Origin: an uncultured delta proteobacterium
GTDB taxonomy: Bacteria; Myxococcota; Myxococcia; Myxococcales; Myxococcaceae
Length of the DNA stretch: 64,000 nucleotides
Assembly (NCBI GenBank): GCA_963796055.1
Contig: CAWCKH010000005.1
Span: forward strand, 1-64,000
Direction of reading: 5' to 3'
The notes beneath the pieces are model-generated. The model saw only the letters and a list, made by a program, of their open reading frames with translations, was not told the origin of the DNA and made no database searches. Shown here piece after piece: positions 29,762-39,445 of this stretch. The translations under genes were made by a program, and so were the position numbers. How positions within the stretch are numbered: the first letter of the stretch is position 1; the number at the start of each line of letters is the position of its first letter.

Positions 29762-31333
29762 ATGGTTAAGCGCAGCGACCGGCCGCGCCTGCTGGTCTTC
29801 GTCATCGCCTATCAGGCGGAGTCGACGCTGGTCCAGGTCCTCGAACGCATCCCGCGCTCGGTCTTCCGGGAGTGGGACTGCGAGATCCTCGTGGTGGACG
29901 ACGCCTCGCGGGACAGGACGTTCGACATTGGCCGCGAGTACCAAGAGGACCACCCCGACCTCCCGCTCACCGTCCTCCGCAACACCTATAACCAGGGCTA
30001 CGGCGGCAACCAGAAGGTCGGCTACGCCTATGCCATCGCCGAGGGTTTCGACGTGGTGGCCATGGTCCACGGTGACGGGCAATACGCCCCGGAGGAGCTG
30101 CCCCGGCTTCTCGAGCCCCTACGCCAGAACCGCGCCGACGCCGTCTTCGGCAGCCGGATGATGACCCGCTTCGGCGCGCTGAAGGGGGGGATGCCGCTCT
30201 ACAAGTTCGTGGGGAACAAGATCCTCACCACGTTCCAGAACGCGGTGCTGGGCACGCACCTGTCGGAGTTCCATTCCGGCTACCGGCTCTACCGCGTCTC
30301 GACCCTGGCCCGGCTCCCGCTGGAGCTGAACTCCAACGACTTCCACTTCGACACCGAGATCATCCTCCAGCTGCTCAACGCCGGGGCGCGGATCGTCGAG
30401 CTGCCCATCCCTACCTATTACGGTAGCGAGATCTCCCGGGTGAACGGGCTGGCCTACGCGAGGAACGTCGCGCTCGCCACCCTGCGCAACGCCGCCCATC
30501 GTGCTGGAATCCTCTACCAGCGCAAGTACGACGTGGGCCCGGCGGACGACCACGCCCACTACGCCCCCAAGCTCGGATACGCCTCCAGCCACAGCTATGC
30601 ACTGCAGGCCGTCCCTGCGAGGACCCGGGTGATGGACCTCGGGGCAGGCCCCGGCCACCTCGCCCAGCAGCTGGTGGACATGGGGTGCACGGTCACCCTG
30701 GTGGACCGGCTCCCGCCCACCCAGGTTCCCCACGGCACCGAGGTCGTCCTCCGGAACCTCGACGCCGACCCGCTCGATCTCGACCTCTCCCGGGTGGACG
30801 TGCTGCTCCTGCTCGACGTCATCGAGCACCTCCACGAGCCGGAGCGCTTCCTCGCCGCGCTTCGCCGCAACCTCGACCACCGCCCGCGCACGCTCATCCT
30901 CACCACCCCCAACGTGGCGTTCGTCATCCAGCGGCTGATGCTCCTGGCCGGCCAGTTCAACTATGGCAAGGCGGGCATCCTCGACCGGACGCATACCCGG
31001 CTCTTCACCTTCCGGAGCCTGCGTCGGCTGCTGGTGGATTCGGGCCTGCGCATCCGGGAGGTCCGCGGTGTCCCTGCGCCGTTCCCCAAGGCGGTGGGCG
31101 AGAACGCCCTGGGGATGGGCCTGCTCCGGCTCAACCAGGCGCTCATCCATCTGAGCCCGACGCTCTTCAGCTACCAGATCTTCGTCGAGGCCGAGACCAC
31201 TCCGGACGTGGCCCACGTGCTCGCCGACAGCCGGCAGTCCGCCACCCCCGCGACGCTGCAGCGCCCCCGGCGCGCTGCCGCCGCCAGGCGCGGCCGGAGC
31301 TCGAAGCCAGCCCCCCGAAAGAAGCCCCGGTGA
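29762..31333 (+). CDS. Bifunctional GT2 (Dol-P-Man synthase-like) / SAM methyltransferase
   Basis: VVDDASRD, NQGYGG, HGDGQY, GSR, FDTE; then MDLGAGPG, LLDVIEHL, GILDRTHTRLFT. Confidence 0.9.
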   Translation: MVKRSDRPRLLVFVIAYQAESTLVQVLERIPRSVFREWDCEILVVDDASRDRTFDIGREYQEDHPDLPLTVLRNTYNQGYGGNQKVGYAYAIAEGFDVVAMVHGDGQYAPEELPRLLEPLRQNRADAVFGSRMMTRFGALKGGMPLYKFVGNKILTTFQNAVLGTHLSEFHSGYRLYRVSTLARLPLELNSNDFHFDTEIILQLLNAGARIVELPIPTYYGSEISRVNGLAYARNVALATLRNAAHRAGILYQRKYDVGPADDHAHYAPKLGYASSHSYALQAVPARTRVMDLGAGPGHLAQQLVDMGCTVTLVDRLPPTQVPHGTEVVLRNLDADPLDLDLSRVDVLLLLDVIEHLHEPERFLAALRRNLDHRPRTLILTTPNVAFVIQRLMLLAGQFNYGKAGILDRTHTRLFTFRSLRRLLVDSGLRIREVRGVPAPFPKAVGENALGMGLLRLNQALIHLSPTLFSYQIFVEAETTPDVAHVLADSRQSATPATLQRPRRAAAARRGRSSKPAPRKKPR

Positions 31334-32727
31334 CGGCAGCGCCGGCCGAGGTGGCCGACTGCCCAGGTCTCCCCCCCGGAAGCGCCACCCGCGCCTTCCT
31401 GCTCGCCGTGGCTGCAGTGTTCCTTGGCCAGGCGCTGCAGATCAACAACGGGAACGGCCACCCCGACGCCTGGCCCTACGTCTTCGCCACCCTCTTCGCC
31501 GTCGCCCTCGCCGCGCTCTCGCCGCCCTGGTCCACCGTGGAGGCCACGGGCGACCAGCTCGCCGTCCTGGTCATAGGCGTGGGCCTCGCGCTCCAGTTCT
31601 CGCAGCTGCTGACCAGCCCGCCCGGATACTACGTTCGCCCCATCCCCGGCTTCCGCGAGTTCTTCGCCGTCCTCGCCGCGGCAGCCTTCGTCACCGGTGG
31701 CGCGCTCGCCCGCCGGCCGGCGCTCGGCGCCTACCAGGGCCCGGCGATGGTGCTGCTCTTCGCCCTGGCCGGCTGGTGGATGATCCGCGCCTCGTACCCG
31801 CCGCAGATCGATGTCTTCATCTTCCAGCAGGAGTCGAGCCGCGCGCTCGCCCACGGCCAGAACCCGTACGCGCTCACCTTCCCCAACATCTACCGGAACA
31901 TGCAGTTCTACGGGCCTGGGATCGCCGACGAGCGAACGGTCTTCATCGGCTTCCCCTACCTCCCGCTCTCGCTGCTCCTCGCCTTTCCCGGGTGGCTCAT
32001 CGCTGGCGACTTCCGGGTGGCCCAGCTCGCCGCCTGCGCCATCACCGCCGCCGCCTTCACCGGGCTCGCGCCGGGGCGGCTGCCGCTGCTGGCCACGGCC
32101 GTGCTCCTCTTCACTCCCCGGATGTTCTTCGTGCTCGAGCAGGGCTGGACCGAGCCCTTCGGCGTGGCCCTGCTGGCCCTGGTCACCCTCGCCGCTACCC
32201 GCCGCTCGCGCTGGCTTCCGCTGGCGCTCGGGCTGCTGCTGGCCTGGAAGCAGTACACGGTGCTCTTCCTCCCGCTCGCGGCGCTGCTCGTCCCGCGCCC
32301 CTTCCACTGGCGGGCCTACGCCCGGCTGGTCCTCCCGGCCATCGCCGTCGCCGCGGCCATCACCCTGCCCTTCTTTCTCTGGAACCCGGCGGCGTTCTGG
32401 AAGAGCGTGGTCCTCGCCCAGTTCGCCCAGCCGTTCCGGATGGAGGCGCTCTCCCTGCCTGCCTGGTGGGTTGTGGAAGAGAGCCACCCCGAGTTCAACG
32501 TGCTGCCCTGGATGCTCGCCGGAACGGTCGCGGCGATGGTGGCCGTCCTCGCCCGCGGGCGCCGCGGGCCTGCGGCCTTCGTCACCGGCTCAGCGCTGGT
32601 CTACGCGGTCTTCATCGCGCTCTCCAAGCAGTCGTTCTGCAACTACTGGTGGTTCGTGCTCGGATGCATCTGCTGCGCGCTGGCCGCGAGCGGGCAGGAC
32701 GCGCCAGCCCCGCCGGAACCCGGCTGA
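31330..32727 (+). CDS. Polytopic membrane glycosyltransferase, GT87-like
   Basis: IDV...GQNPY...FPYLP loop, EQGWTEP, KQY; GTGA overlap with the GT2-methyltransferase gene. Confidence 0.7.
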   Translation: MTAAPAEVADCPGLPPGSATRAFLLAVAAVFLGQALQINNGNGHPDAWPYVFATLFAVALAALSPPWSTVEATGDQLAVLVIGVGLALQFSQLLTSPPGYYVRPIPGFREFFAVLAAAAFVTGGALARRPALGAYQGPAMVLLFALAGWWMIRASYPPQIDVFIFQQESSRALAHGQNPYALTFPNIYRNMQFYGPGIADERTVFIGFPYLPLSLLLAFPGWLIAGDFRVAQLAACAITAAAFTGLAPGRLPLLATAVLLFTPRMFFVLEQGWTEPFGVALLALVTLAATRRSRWLPLALGLLLAWKQYTVLFLPLAALLVPRPFHWRAYARLVLPAIAVAAAITLPFFLWNPAAFWKSVVLAQFAQPFRMEALSLPAWWVVEESHPEFNVLPWMLAGTVAAMVAVLARGRRGPAAFVTGSALVYAVFIALSKQSFCNYWWFVLGCICCALAASGQDAPAPPEPG

Positions 32728-32736
32728 GGGGCCAGC

Positions 32737-33582
32737 TCAGGGCCTCGGAGTCCAGATCGCCACGTCCTGCGCGTCGTACGAACTCCGGCCGGACCAGGCG
32801 CCGCGGTGCAGCGGCTCGGCCCACCCGAGGCCGGCTCCGGCGAGCATCTCGTCGAGCGCCTCGAGGCTGTAGCCCACCGAGCTCTCGGGGTAGGTCAGAT
32901 CGTTGATCCACGACCCCGGCCCGTATGGATGCTCGAAGCGAAACGGCCCCCCCGACGCCCGCGACATCGCGAGCGTCTCGTCGTCCAGCACGAACAGCGA
33001 GGCGAACACCTTTCCTCCCTGCTTCAGGATGCGCCTGAACTCGCGGAGGTAGTGCACGACGTCGTGCCGGAACATGTGGGTGAAGACCGACTGGAGGAGG
33101 ATCCGGTCCACCGATGTGTCGGGGACGAAGAGCTGTACCTCCTGCACCTTCAGTCGACCGAGCGGATTGTGGATCGGGCTCAGCACGTCCACGAAGGCGA
33201 ACGTGAAGTTGGGAAATCGGGGCGTGATGTTGCGCTGACACCACTCGATGCTGGGGCGGATGATGTCGACCCCGTGGTAGCGACCTCTGGCCGAAAGGAC
33301 GGAGGTCAGCTGGATCGCGTCGCGTCCGACGCCACACCCCACCTCGACCACCGAGTGTTCCGGCTCGATGGGCGCGTAGCGCGCATACTGATCCATGTGC
33401 ATCCGGGAGATCGGCTCCCAGGTCTCCGGTCCACCGCCCGTCATCCGGACCAGGTCCTCCGGGATCTCCCAGTCACGGTACCGGAACACCGCCGGTGCCG
33501 TCGCCGGCGGTGGGGCCGGGCCTGGGCGCTCGGCGCCTCTGCCCAACACCCCGGACCAGAGGCGGGAGAAAAGCTGTCTCAT
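32737..33582 (-). CDS. Class I SAM-dependent methyltransferase
   Basis: VEVGCGVGR, YHGVDI, SVFTHM, YLREFRRILKQGG. Confidence 0.9.
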   Translation of the reverse strand: MRQLFSRLWSGVLGRGAERPGPAPPPATAPAVFRYRDWEIPEDLVRMTGGGPETWEPISRMHMDQYARYAPIEPEHSVVEVGCGVGRDAIQLTSVLSARGRYHGVDIIRPSIEWCQRNITPRFPNFTFAFVDVLSPIHNPLGRLKVQEVQLFVPDTSVDRILLQSVFTHMFRHDVVHYLREFRRILKQGGKVFASLFVLDDETLAMSRASGGPFRFEHPYGPGSWINDLTYPESSVGYSLEALDEMLAGAGLGWAEPLHRGAWSGRSSYDAQDVAIWTPRP

Positions 33583-33595
33583 GGCGTCCGTGCGC

Positions 33596-34216
33596 TTATC
33601 GTCCCGGAACGCCCCAGAGGTCCAGCACCGCCCGCTCTCGCTGGAGGACAGTGTCCACCGCCGGGTCGCCCCACCTCGCCCGGACGTCGGACAGGGTCCG
33701 GGCGCGCTCCTGCTGCGCCCGCAGTCGGTCGAGCGTCCGCTGGACGCCGGCACGCTGCTCGGCTGGAAGCTGCTCCTTCGCCGCGTCCAGCGAGCGCAGC
33801 GCCTCCTCCAGATCCGCGCCGCCCGCCCCGGCCCGGGCGAGCGCCACCTCGGCCGTCAGTGACTCCAGGGACCGGACCTCGGCGACCGTGAGTCCGGCGT
33901 CCACCCGCAGCGCCTCCGCTCGCTCGGTGCGCTGGCGCATCACGGCATACGCCTCCTCGAGGCCCCGTGCGCCGCCGTCCGTTGCCTGCGAGAGCCGCCG
34001 CACGTCCCGCGGCGACCGTGGCGCTTCGCCCCGGAGCACGCGCTCGTAGGCGAGGAAGCCGTCGAGCATGGACAGGGTGAGATCCAGGCCCGCGTCGGGC
34101 TGCTGGTGGAGCGACGTGACCGGCCCGGCGTCCATCCGCGTATCCGGCCGTGGTGGCTTCCGGCACGTGGCCGCTGTGAAGATGAGAAACAACGCCAGGG
34201 ACCAGGGTCGGCGCAT
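33596..34216 (-). CDS. Hypothetical lipoprotein
   Basis: MRRPWSLALFLIFTAATC lipobox-like N-terminus; helical body. Confidence 0.6.
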   Translation of the reverse strand: MRRPWSLALFLIFTAATCRKPPRPDTRMDAGPVTSLHQQPDAGLDLTLSMLDGFLAYERVLRGEAPRSPRDVRRLSQATDGGARGLEEAYAVMRQRTERAEALRVDAGLTVAEVRSLESLTAEVALARAGAGGADLEEALRSLDAAKEQLPAEQRAGVQRTLDRLRAQQERARTLSDVRARWGDPAVDTVLQRERAVLDLWGVPGR

Positions 34217-34279
34217 CGACCCTCCTTCTGCCATACCCTTTGACCGTCTCGGGCACGCTCGTGTACGACCCCTGGTGCC

Positions 34280-34774
34280 GTGAAGGTGTATCTGGTGCGC
34301 CACGCCCAGGCCGACTCCGAGGTCCCCGAGGGCCTGGACGACGGTGCGCGCCCGCTCACCGGGAAAGGCCGTCGCGCCGTCGAGAAGCACTTTCGAGGGC
34401 TCCACAAGCAGATGCACGGGGTGGATCTGGTACTGATGAGCCCCCTGGTCCGGGCGGTGCAGACGGCGCAGATCCTGGCGCTGGTCCAGGATCTCGACGT
34501 TCCCCTCCGGGTGCACAAGAGCCTCCTGCCGGACATGCCTACCGGGAGCCAGGAAGGACTGATGAAGCAGCACAAGGACGAGAACCTGGTGCTGGTGGGC
34601 CACAACCCGTCCATCCCGGCCATCGCCGCCCACCTCATGCAGCTGAGCCAGTTTCCGCGGTCGGTGCCGCCGGGCTCGGTCATCGCCCTCGAGCTGGAGA
34701 AGCACCACGACCCGGCCCGCCTTCTCTTCTTCGCCGCTCCGGGCGAGGACGTGCTCGAGGAGCTGAAGCCATGA
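34280..34774 (+). CDS. sixA: Phosphohistidine phosphatase
   Basis: LVRHAQA, RPLT..G, SPLVRAVQTA, LVGHNP. Confidence 0.88.
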   Translation: MKVYLVRHAQADSEVPEGLDDGARPLTGKGRRAVEKHFRGLHKQMHGVDLVLMSPLVRAVQTAQILALVQDLDVPLRVHKSLLPDMPTGSQEGLMKQHKDENLVLVGHNPSIPAIAAHLMQLSQFPRSVPPGSVIALELEKHHDPARLLFFAAPGEDVLEELKP

Positions 34775-35097
34775 TGGACGAGGCCCGCTACAACGGGCTC
34801 ATCGCCGGGCTCTGGAAGCGCATCCTCGCTGCGGTGGACCAGGTGGACCCCGACCTGCTCGACGCGGTGGCGACTCCGGACATGGTGACGCTCACCTCGG
34901 CCTCCGGCGAGAAGGTGGTCATCAACACCCAGCGCGCGGTGCGGCAGATCTGGGTCGCGGGGAAGGGGCTGGGCATCCACTTCTCGCTGGCCGAGGATGG
35001 CCAGTGGATGGACGACAAGGGCAAGCGCATCGAGCTGCTCGCCTGGATCTCGGAGTGCGTCGAGGCGCTCACCGGAGAGCCCCTCCGCGACGGATGA
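34771..35097 (+). CDS. cyaY: Iron donor protein CyaY (frataxin)
   Basis: KVVINTQRAVRQIWVAG..GIHF...W. Confidence 0.9.
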   Translation: MMDEARYNGLIAGLWKRILAAVDQVDPDLLDAVATPDMVTLTSASGEKVVINTQRAVRQIWVAGKGLGIHFSLAEDGQWMDDKGKRIELLAWISECVEALTGEPLRDG

Positions 35098-36467
35098 GAG
35101 ACTCCTCGGAGAACGCCGGTCGAGCGCTCTCCCGCACGGACGTCGGCAGGCGTTCGTTCCTGACGATCGCATTCTTCCTCCCCGCGGCACTGGTCGCGAA
35201 TTTCGTCTGGCGCTTCGGGGTGGACGTCCCGTACTGGGACCAGTGGGAGCTGGTGCCCCCTCTGCAGGATCTGCTGGGGGGACGGCTGACCTGGGCTGAG
35301 CTCTTCGCCCAGCACAACGAGCACCGGATCCTCTTTCCCAGATTGCTGATGCTGGGCCTGGCGCGGCTCACCCGCTGGGACATCCGGACGGAGATGTGGG
35401 CCAGCGTGGTGTTGCTCGGTGCAATCGCGCTGACCCTGGCCAGAGAAGCCCGTCGAGCGCTCGGGCCAGCCTCGCCGTGGCTCCTCGTCCCGTTGCCCTG
35501 GCTGATCTTCAGCCTCCGACAGAGCGAGAATCTCCTCTGGGGCTGGCAGCTTCAAGTGCCCATGGCAGCCCTCGGGGTGGTGGTCGCACTCGCCGCCCTC
35601 GAGCGCGGCGGCGGCCGGTGGCTGTGGGTGGGGATCCTCGGCGGGGTGCTGGCAAGCTTCTCGTTCGCGGCCGGCCTCGGGGTGTGGCCCGCTGGGCTAA
35701 TCGTGCTCCTGGCGGAGACGGGGGGCGGCTCGCGCCGTCTGCGTTCGGCGAGCGTGTGGGCCGGTGCGGCTGCCCTGGTGCTCGTTGCCTATTTTCGGGG
35801 ATGGTCGAGGCCAGCGGGCCATCCGAGCGCCGGATTCGTGTGGGAGCACCTCGGCCTCGGAACGCATTTCCTGGTGGCCATGGCTGGCGCCGGGCTTGCT
35901 AAGGGCTCCGACGCCCGCGGGGCGAGCACGGTCGGAGCCGTGCTCCTGCTCCTGCTCGCAGTCAGCCTGGCCTGCGTCGCACGTCGCCCCGCGCGTCTGG
36001 AACGGGCGCGTTTCGGCCTCGGCCTGCTGCTCTTCACCGGAGCGTTCCTCGTGATGGCGACCCTCGGCCGGGCGGGGTTCGAGGCCGGAAGGACCGGCCT
36101 GCAGTTCGCTCTCACCTCTCGTTATGTGACGTTCTCCGTCCTCGGCATCTGGGGGCTCTACCGCGTCGCCATCTCGTTCGACGACCCTCGTCTGCGGGGC
36201 GTGCTCGGGGCCGCCCTCCTCTGCCTGGTTGCGCTGGGGACCGTTCGTGCGCTTCCAGGAGAGTTCCGGGTCGGCGCCGCCCTCCGGCGCGAACGGAAGG
36301 AGATGCAGAGGACGCTGCGCGCGTACACCTCTGCATCCGCGCCGGACCTCGCCCGCCTGTATCCCCAGCCCGAGGTGGTCCGCGACCGGGCGCCGGTGCT
36401 CGAGCAGCTCGGGCTCAGCGTCTTCCGCTCTCCCGCCGCCCCTTCAGACCACCGAGCCGGTCGGTGA
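35094..36467 (+). CDS. Polytopic membrane protein, GT-C-like
   Basis: VDVPYWDQW...AQHNEHRILFPRL loop, QSENLLWG, SRY; ATGA overlap with cyaY. Confidence 0.65.
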   Translation: MRDSSENAGRALSRTDVGRRSFLTIAFFLPAALVANFVWRFGVDVPYWDQWELVPPLQDLLGGRLTWAELFAQHNEHRILFPRLLMLGLARLTRWDIRTEMWASVVLLGAIALTLAREARRALGPASPWLLVPLPWLIFSLRQSENLLWGWQLQVPMAALGVVVALAALERGGGRWLWVGILGGVLASFSFAAGLGVWPAGLIVLLAETGGGSRRLRSASVWAGAAALVLVAYFRGWSRPAGHPSAGFVWEHLGLGTHFLVAMAGAGLAKGSDARGASTVGAVLLLLLAVSLACVARRPARLERARFGLGLLLFTGAFLVMATLGRAGFEAGRTGLQFALTSRYVTFSVLGIWGLYRVAISFDDPRLRGVLGAALLCLVALGTVRALPGEFRVGAALRRERKEMQRTLRAYTSASAPDLARLYPQPEVVRDRAPVLEQLGLSVFRSPAAPSDHRAGR

Positions 36468-37181
36468 GCGCGGACGCAGCGCCGTCAGGTACCAGCGCAG
36501 GTACCGGGGCAGCCACTTGCCGAGCCGGAACCGGCTAGTCCCCGCGGTGCGTTCCTGCCACACCGTGGGCAGCTCGACGATCCGTCGCCCCTGGAGGTGG
36601 GCCTTCACCGTCAGCTCCAGCGCCACCTCGAACCCCCCGGTGCTCTCGATGCTCACCGTGCGCAAGAAGTCGGTGGAGTACAGCTTGTAGTTGTTGGTCG
36701 GGTCCGCCGTGGGCAGCCGGGCCAGCAGCTTGAGGCTCAGCCCCGCCAGCCGCGAGAGCGTGCTCTTCACCAGAGGCGCGCCATGCTGCGCCCCACCCCG
36801 CATGTAGCGGCTGGCGGACACCACGTCGGCTCCGCCCCGGGCCAGATCCACCATCCGATCGATCTGGGAATGGTCGTCCGAGCCGTCGGCCATGGTCACC
36901 ACCACCCAGCCGTGGCTGGGACGCGCCAGCCCGGTCTTGAGCGCTCCCAGCACGCCCTTCCCCGTGTTCAGCACCAGCTCCACCCGAGCGTCCTTCGCCT
37001 GAATGGCCCGGGCCACCGGCAAGGTGGTGTCCTCCTCGCGGTCGTAGACCACCAGGAGACGCCACGGTGTCCGCACCTTGGCGACGATGCTCTCGTAGAA
37101 GCGGGGGAAGTTTTCTGCCTCGTTGTAGACCGGGACGACCAGCGCCAGGTCCGGCTCGCCGGACGCGGGCGCAGCCGTCAG
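36444..37181 (-). CDS. GT2 polyprenol-phosphate glycosyltransferase-like
   Basis: VVPVYNE, MADGSDD, ASRYMRGG, ERTAGTSRF; start possibly CTG overlapping upstream TGA. Confidence 0.85.
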   Translation of the reverse strand: MTAAPASGEPDLALVVPVYNEAENFPRFYESIVAKVRTPWRLLVVYDREEDTTLPVARAIQAKDARVELVLNTGKGVLGALKTGLARPSHGWVVVTMADGSDDHSQIDRMVDLARGGADVVSASRYMRGGAQHGAPLVKSTLSRLAGLSLKLLARLPTADPTNNYKLYSTDFLRTVSIESTGGFEVALELTVKAHLQGRRIVELPTVWQERTAGTSRFRLGKWLPRYLRWYLTALRPRSPTGSVV

Positions 37182-38197
37182 ATGTTTCCCAGCGCTACTT
37201 GATGGCTCACCCACGGGACGACCTCGTCGAGCATCGTGTCCAGCGAGGTGGTGCACTCGAAGCCCAGCACCCGCCTGGCCTTGGACACGTCCGGGACACG
37301 CCGCTGCACGTCGTACTTGAAGGGCTCGTCCGAGCGGTAGCGGAAGGGAACCCCTGGCTTCAGCTTGCCCCAGATCGCCTGGGCCAGCTCCAGCACCGTG
37401 GTGCTGGTGGCGGTGGAGATGTTGAAGTCCTCGTTCAGCGCCGCCGGGTGCTCCATGCACACCCGGATGCCCTTGGCCAGGTCTCCGCCGTAGGTGTAGT
37501 GGCGCACCTGGCTCCCGTTCCCGAGGATGTGCAAGGGGTCCTGGCCCTTCACCACCTTCTGCACCAGGTCCGGGACCACGTGGCTCATGGCCAGCTTCAC
37601 GTTCCCGCTCATCACCTCGCGGTCGTTCTTTGCCCGGCCCTCGCCGATGCCCACGCAGTTGAAGGGACGGACGATGGTGTAGGGGAGCCGGTACTGTTCG
37701 TGGGCGCCCTTGGCGAAGTACTCGCAGGCCAGCTTCTGGAATCCGTAGGTCGACAGCGGCGGTGGACTGCAGAGCTGCTCCCCCTCCGGGGTGGGGAAGA
37801 GGGTGGTGCTCTCGTAGACCATGGAGCTGCTGAGCACGGTGATCTTCTTCAGCTTCCGCTCGCGTTGGGCCCAGATCGCCGCATCGAAGGTGGAGGCGAC
37901 GATGCGCTCGTTCTCGGCGATCAGGTCGTAAGCAAGCTCGTGGAAATAGCTGATCCCGCCGATGATCGCTGCGCCCGCGACCAGATGATCGCAGTCGCCA
38001 AGGAGCTCCTTGAGCAACGCCACATCCTTCGCATCGCCGGTGACCGCACGGTAGCGGGGGTGGCGGTCATAGCTCTTCTCCACCCGTCCGTACTTGGAGA
38101 GGTTGTCGAGGCCGATGACCTCGTGGCCGTTCTGGAGCAGCTCCTCCACCAGATAGCCGGCGATGAACCCGGCGGCGCCGGTGACCAGGACCTTCAA
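37178..38197 (-). CDS. NAD-dependent nucleotide-sugar epimerase/dehydratase/decarboxylase (extended SDR)
   Basis: VTGAAGFIAG, SSSMVYE, YGFQK, RPFNCVG; TTGA overlap. Confidence 0.88.
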   Translation of the reverse strand: MKVLVTGAAGFIAGYLVEELLQNGHEVIGLDNLSKYGRVEKSYDRHPRYRAVTGDAKDVALLKELLGDCDHLVAGAAIIGGISYFHELAYDLIAENERIVASTFDAAIWAQRERKLKKITVLSSSMVYESTTLFPTPEGEQLCSPPPLSTYGFQKLACEYFAKGAHEQYRLPYTIVRPFNCVGIGEGRAKNDREVMSGNVKLAMSHVVPDLVQKVVKGQDPLHILGNGSQVRHYTYGGDLAKGIRVCMEHPAALNEDFNISTATSTTVLELAQAIWGKLKPGVPFRYRSDEPFKYDVQRRVPDVSKARRVLGFECTTSLDTMLDEVVPWVSHQVALGNI

Positions 38198-39378
38198 ACG
38201 GTGCTCCCTTTCCCAAGATGGTTCCACACGTCGACCACCGGCTTCCCCAGCGTGTCGAGCGCCCGGTAGCGGCGGTGCGGCGCGCCGATCACCAGGATAT
38301 CCGCCGCCCGGACCACCTCCTCCAGCGGTCGCAGGTCGGTGTCCGCGACATAGGGGTCGGTGGTCAGGACCTCCTGGCAATGCAGCGAGAGGATCTTCTT
38401 CAGCTTGTAGGAGAGCGACTCGCGGGTGTCGTCGCTCTCCGCCTTGAAGGCCATCCCCAGCAGTCCGACCTTCCGCGAGCGGAGATCCGGCCAGCGGCGC
38501 AGCATCCGGTTGACGACGAACTGCGGCAGGCCCTCGTTCACCAGCATCGCCGCGTGCCCGAGGAAGAACTGGTTGTTGTTGAAGGCGGACATCTGCATCG
38601 TGTCCTTGAACAGACACGGGCCCGCCGCGAACCCGGGCGCGGGCATGTTCGCCGCCCGCGGATAGTTGAACTTCATCGCGTGGAGGATCCGGTGGAAGTC
38701 GATGTTCCACTCGGAGGACAGCATGTAGAACTGGTTGGCCACCGCGAAGGTGATGTAACGGTAGACGTTGTTGCAGAGCTTGGTGATCTCCGCCTCCAGC
38801 GGGGTCAGCTCCAGGAGATCCACCCCCAGCGGCTCGAACACCGCGCGCGCTGCGGCAACCCCGGCGGGCGAGAAGCCGGAGATGATCTGCGGCAGCTTCC
38901 GGATCTCCTCCAGCGCCACCCCCTCCGCCACCCGTTCGGGGCAGAAGGCGACGTCGACCTTGCGGCCGCGGAGATGGAGCTCGCGCTGCACGCGCTCCGA
39001 GGTACCAGGGTACACCGTTGAGCGGAGCACCAGGGTCTGCCCGTCCCGCATGTACTCGGACAGCTGGTTCAGCAACTGATCGAACACGCTGAACGATGGG
39101 TTGAGGTGCTCGTCGACCGGCGTGCCGATGACCACCACCAGGACCTCGGCACCCTCCAGCGAGGTCGGACTGTCGCTGACCACCAGCCCACGCTCGAGCG
39201 CGTCCTTGAGCCCCTCTTCGGCCCCGGCGTCGCGGAACGGCATCTCTCCCCGGCGCACTCGCGCCACCGCCGCGCTGTCGATGTCGAAGATCCGGACCTG
39301 GTGGTGGGAGGCGAGCGCGATGGCGAGCGGGAGCCCGACGTGCCCGCACCCGCCCACGACGGTGATGGTCTTCCCCAT
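38194..39378 (-). CDS. UDP-sugar dehydrogenase (UDP-Glc/GDP-Man/UDP-ManNAc DH family)
   Basis: GGCGHVGLP, LRSTVYPGT, FCPER, GPCLFKD, AFKAESDDTRES. Confidence 0.92.
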   Translation of the reverse strand: MGKTITVVGGCGHVGLPLAIALASHHQVRIFDIDSAAVARVRRGEMPFRDAGAEEGLKDALERGLVVSDSPTSLEGAEVLVVVIGTPVDEHLNPSFSVFDQLLNQLSEYMRDGQTLVLRSTVYPGTSERVQRELHLRGRKVDVAFCPERVAEGVALEEIRKLPQIISGFSPAGVAAARAVFEPLGVDLLELTPLEAEITKLCNNVYRYITFAVANQFYMLSSEWNIDFHRILHAMKFNYPRAANMPAPGFAAGPCLFKDTMQMSAFNNNQFFLGHAAMLVNEGLPQFVVNRMLRRWPDLRSRKVGLLGMAFKAESDDTRESLSYKLKKILSLHCQEVLTTDPYVADTDLRPLEEVVRAADILVIGAPHRRYRALDTLGKPVVDVWNHLGKGSTV

Positions 39379-39445
39379 GAGAGCCTCGCCCCCCGTTCGA
39401 GAGCCGCGCACCGTAAATGCTGGGTGACGGACAGTCAACGCACCG

